A stretch of DNA of 64,000 bases, from the NCBI GenBank assembly GCA_963810095.1, contig CAWEMM010000006.1, positions 992,001-1,056,000 on the forward strand. The letters run 5' to 3'. This stretch comes from an uncultured Chloroflexia bacterium (GTDB lineage: Bacteria; Chloroflexota; Anaerolineae; CG2-30-64-16). The notes under the pieces are model-generated. The model saw only the letters and a program-made list of their open reading frames with translations. It made no database searches and was not told the origin of the DNA. The translations under genes and the position numbers were made by a program. Below, piece by piece: positions 61,951 through 64,000 of the stretch (positions are counted from its first letter, which is position 1; each line of letters opens with the position of its first letter).

Positions 61951-63126
61951 AACTGCCCCTGCATCGAGCCAGCGTAACCGGTCAGCTCGACGTACCCGTT
62001 CCCGCTCACCGGTTGGCCGCCTGCGTTCCCGGCAACCCGTACGGCCCCCTCCCAGTAGACATAGGACACCTGCATCTCCTGGTCGGCGACGTAAGGCGTG
62101 ACGTCGAGGCTCAAGTCCAACTTCGGAATCGTCAAGCGCCACCCGGCCGGATATTCGCCGCCGCTGCGTGGGCTGCGCCAGCGCCCCGTTGGCTCGAGCT
62201 TGAAGTCCTCCGGGCCAAGACGAGTGGTTGAGCCATCCGCGGCGACGAACGTTCCGCTCGAGAAGGCGTCCACGCTGCCGTCGGCCCTGCGCAGTTGAAA
62301 GACCATCAACTCGGTGTCGTTGTCAAGCTGGATGCTGAACCAGTCCCAACCCTTTTGCTCCGGGCCTAGCGCACTCGTGCTGTACTCGTGGTCCATCCAG
62401 CTCAGCCCAGACACGGCATACTGCTTGCCGTCCACCGTCACAGTCCCGGACGTCGGCATCCGGGTCAAGCTGTAGTAGTACGAGGCATTCCCCGCTTCCG
62501 GCCCCTTCTGCGAGTACCCGCGGTCGCCTTGCAGGACCGGGCCCTTCGCGTCTTCCAGCCGCATGTCGAGCGCGACCCCGCCCGCCTCCGCCTTAAGGGT
62601 CGAAGGCGGCTGCCGGTACACGGTGCCATCGGGCGCGCGCTCCGTAGCCGTCACCGACCAGTCTTCGAGCCACACCCGAAAGGGGTCGGCCTGCGCGCCG
62701 GCCACGCCGCCGGCCCCCCGGCTCAGCTTCTCGAATGACTGGTGACGGTTGCCGGCCACGTCCGTCAGCGCAAAGTGCGCCATGTACACCTGGTCGGCCG
62801 CCCAGTCGGATACGCGGGCGGTGCGCTGATCGGGCGAGGTGAGCGCCCGGCGGAAGAAGGTCAATTGATACCCGAAGTGCTCGCCGGTTTCGCTCTGCAG
62901 GTTGCCCGTGTAGTACCACCACTCGGTCTGATAGTCGTCATGCGGGCCTTCGTCACGCGGGAAGACCAGCGGCTGCCCGGGCGCGGCGCGGGCAAAGCCT
63001 GCGGGGTCCGCCGGCGCTGCCTGGGCCACCAGGCTGGCCCCCACTTGGCCCTTGCCGCGCGGCCACACGCGCCCATGCGGCTGCTGCCACGACCAGTATC
63101 ACTGCCAAGATCAAAAGTCGCTTCAT
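61947..63126 (-). CDS. AttH/CrtC-like secreted lipocalin-domain hydrolase (frameshift near 63070)
   Basis: FPRDEGPH...EWWYYTGNL, GYQLTFFR, SYYYS, WMDHE, GWDWF, YWEG, GYVELTGY; signal peptide MKRLLILAV from 63126. Confidence 0.85.
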
Positions 63127-64000
63127 TCGCTCCTCAACGCCTCCGCCGCGGCCATGCGGCCCAAGCGGATCGCGGGGTACACGCCCGCCAGCAGCGCCGC
63201 GACGACCGCCAAGGCCAACGCCTGAAGAAACACCAGCGGGTCGGGGAACAACTGCATTGTCCAGCCGAACGAGCGCCGGTTGATGATGAAGATCAGCACG
63301 ATGGCGAGCGCGAGCCCGGTGGGCATTGCGAGGATGCCGGCCACGCCGCCCATCAGCCCGGTTTCCAGGAAAACCAGCCCTCGCAACTGCTGCACCGTGA
63401 GCCCGACCGCTCGCATCAGGCCCATCTCCCGCGCCCGTTCAAGCTGCAGCGAGAGCAGCGCGGACAGGACACCGATAAACGCCACGATGGCGGCGAGCAA
63501 CTGGAGGGCGCCGGTGATGGCAAACGCCCGGTCGAAGACGGCCATGGCATCGCTCCGCAGCACGGCGTTGGGGCGAACGATGACGCCCTGGATCCCTGCC
63601 AATGCGCTCCGCAGGTCGCGCACGGTCTGGTCGACGCTGCCCCCCGGCTTAAGCACCAGCAGCCCGGCCGTCACGGTCTGGTCATTCCAGTTCTGCCGGT
63701 ACAGGTCCAGTCCCATCATGACCGTGCCGCCGCTGTTCGAATAGTCCCGGTAAATGCCCGCTACCGGAAAAGTCTTGACCCCGTGGTCGGTGAACAGCGT
63801 GACCGTTGCGCCCTTCGCGGGCAAGTTCAGCCGGTTTGCGAGGGGCTCGCTCGCCAACACGGCCCCCTTCGCGACCGCCACGCGAACCTGCTCGCGACTC
63901 CCATCGGTGGAGACGAAGATGCGCGGCGCGGTGAAATCTTCGTCCGACACCGCCGTGACCGCGATCGGGCCGGTGGGCGACTGAACATCCGTCGAGCGAA
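63123..64000 (-). CDS. FtsX/MacB-like ABC permease (AttFG type); 5' end lies outside the window
   Basis: FDRAFAIT, ER.RE.G..RAVG.T, INRRSFGW, YPA, ALRSE. Confidence 0.88.
   Translation of the reverse strand, partial: RSTDVQSPTGPIAVTAVSDEDFTAPRIFVSTDGSREQVRVAVAKGAVLASEPLANRLNLPAKGATVTLFTDHGVKTFPVAGIYRDYSNSGGTVMMGLDLYRQNWNDQTVTAGLLVLKPGGSVDQTVRDLRSALAGIQGVIVRPNAVLRSDAMAVFDRAFAITGALQLLAAIVAFIGVLSALLSLQLERAREMGLMRAVGLTVQQLRGLVFLETGLMGGVAGILAMPTGLALAIVLIFIINRRSFGWTMQLFPDPLVFLQALALAVVAALLAGVYPAIRLGRMAAAEALRSE

Overview
A GC-rich (roughly 65%) bacterial chromosomal segment, most likely Chloroflexota (Anaerolineae-like). That assignment is an inference from gene content, Gram-positive-type LexA boxes, a T-box and the repeat families. 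Housekeeping genes include rsmG, recF, dnaN, aspS with a T-box, nadD, obgE, prs, secA, citrate synthase, ald and thrC. Stress modules include KimA/TrkA K+ uptake, sodA, a LexA-boxed imuA-imuB-dnaE2 cassette, a 3-PDZ HtrA, PspC/LiaF-like genes and twin Hsp20s. The most notable items are: (1) a STAND-NTPase/wHTH regulator followed by two PspA/ESCRT-III paralogues, a membrane-anchored solute-binding protein (SBP), an SBP-vWA fusion, a membrane coiled-coil protein and a third orphan SBP, with no ABC transporter; (2) a selenocysteine (UPYC) protein-disulfide oxidoreductase that the ORF track splits in two; (3) a radical SAM/SPASM gene next to a 101-aa Cys-containing candidate substrate; (4) terminator-containing leaders upstream of kimA and aor; (5) several families of intergenic inverted repeats with 9-nt periodicity, one of them inserted into T-box stem II. 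About eight single-base frameshifts, including in the essential genes secA and nadD, are most likely long-read indel errors rather than pseudogenes.
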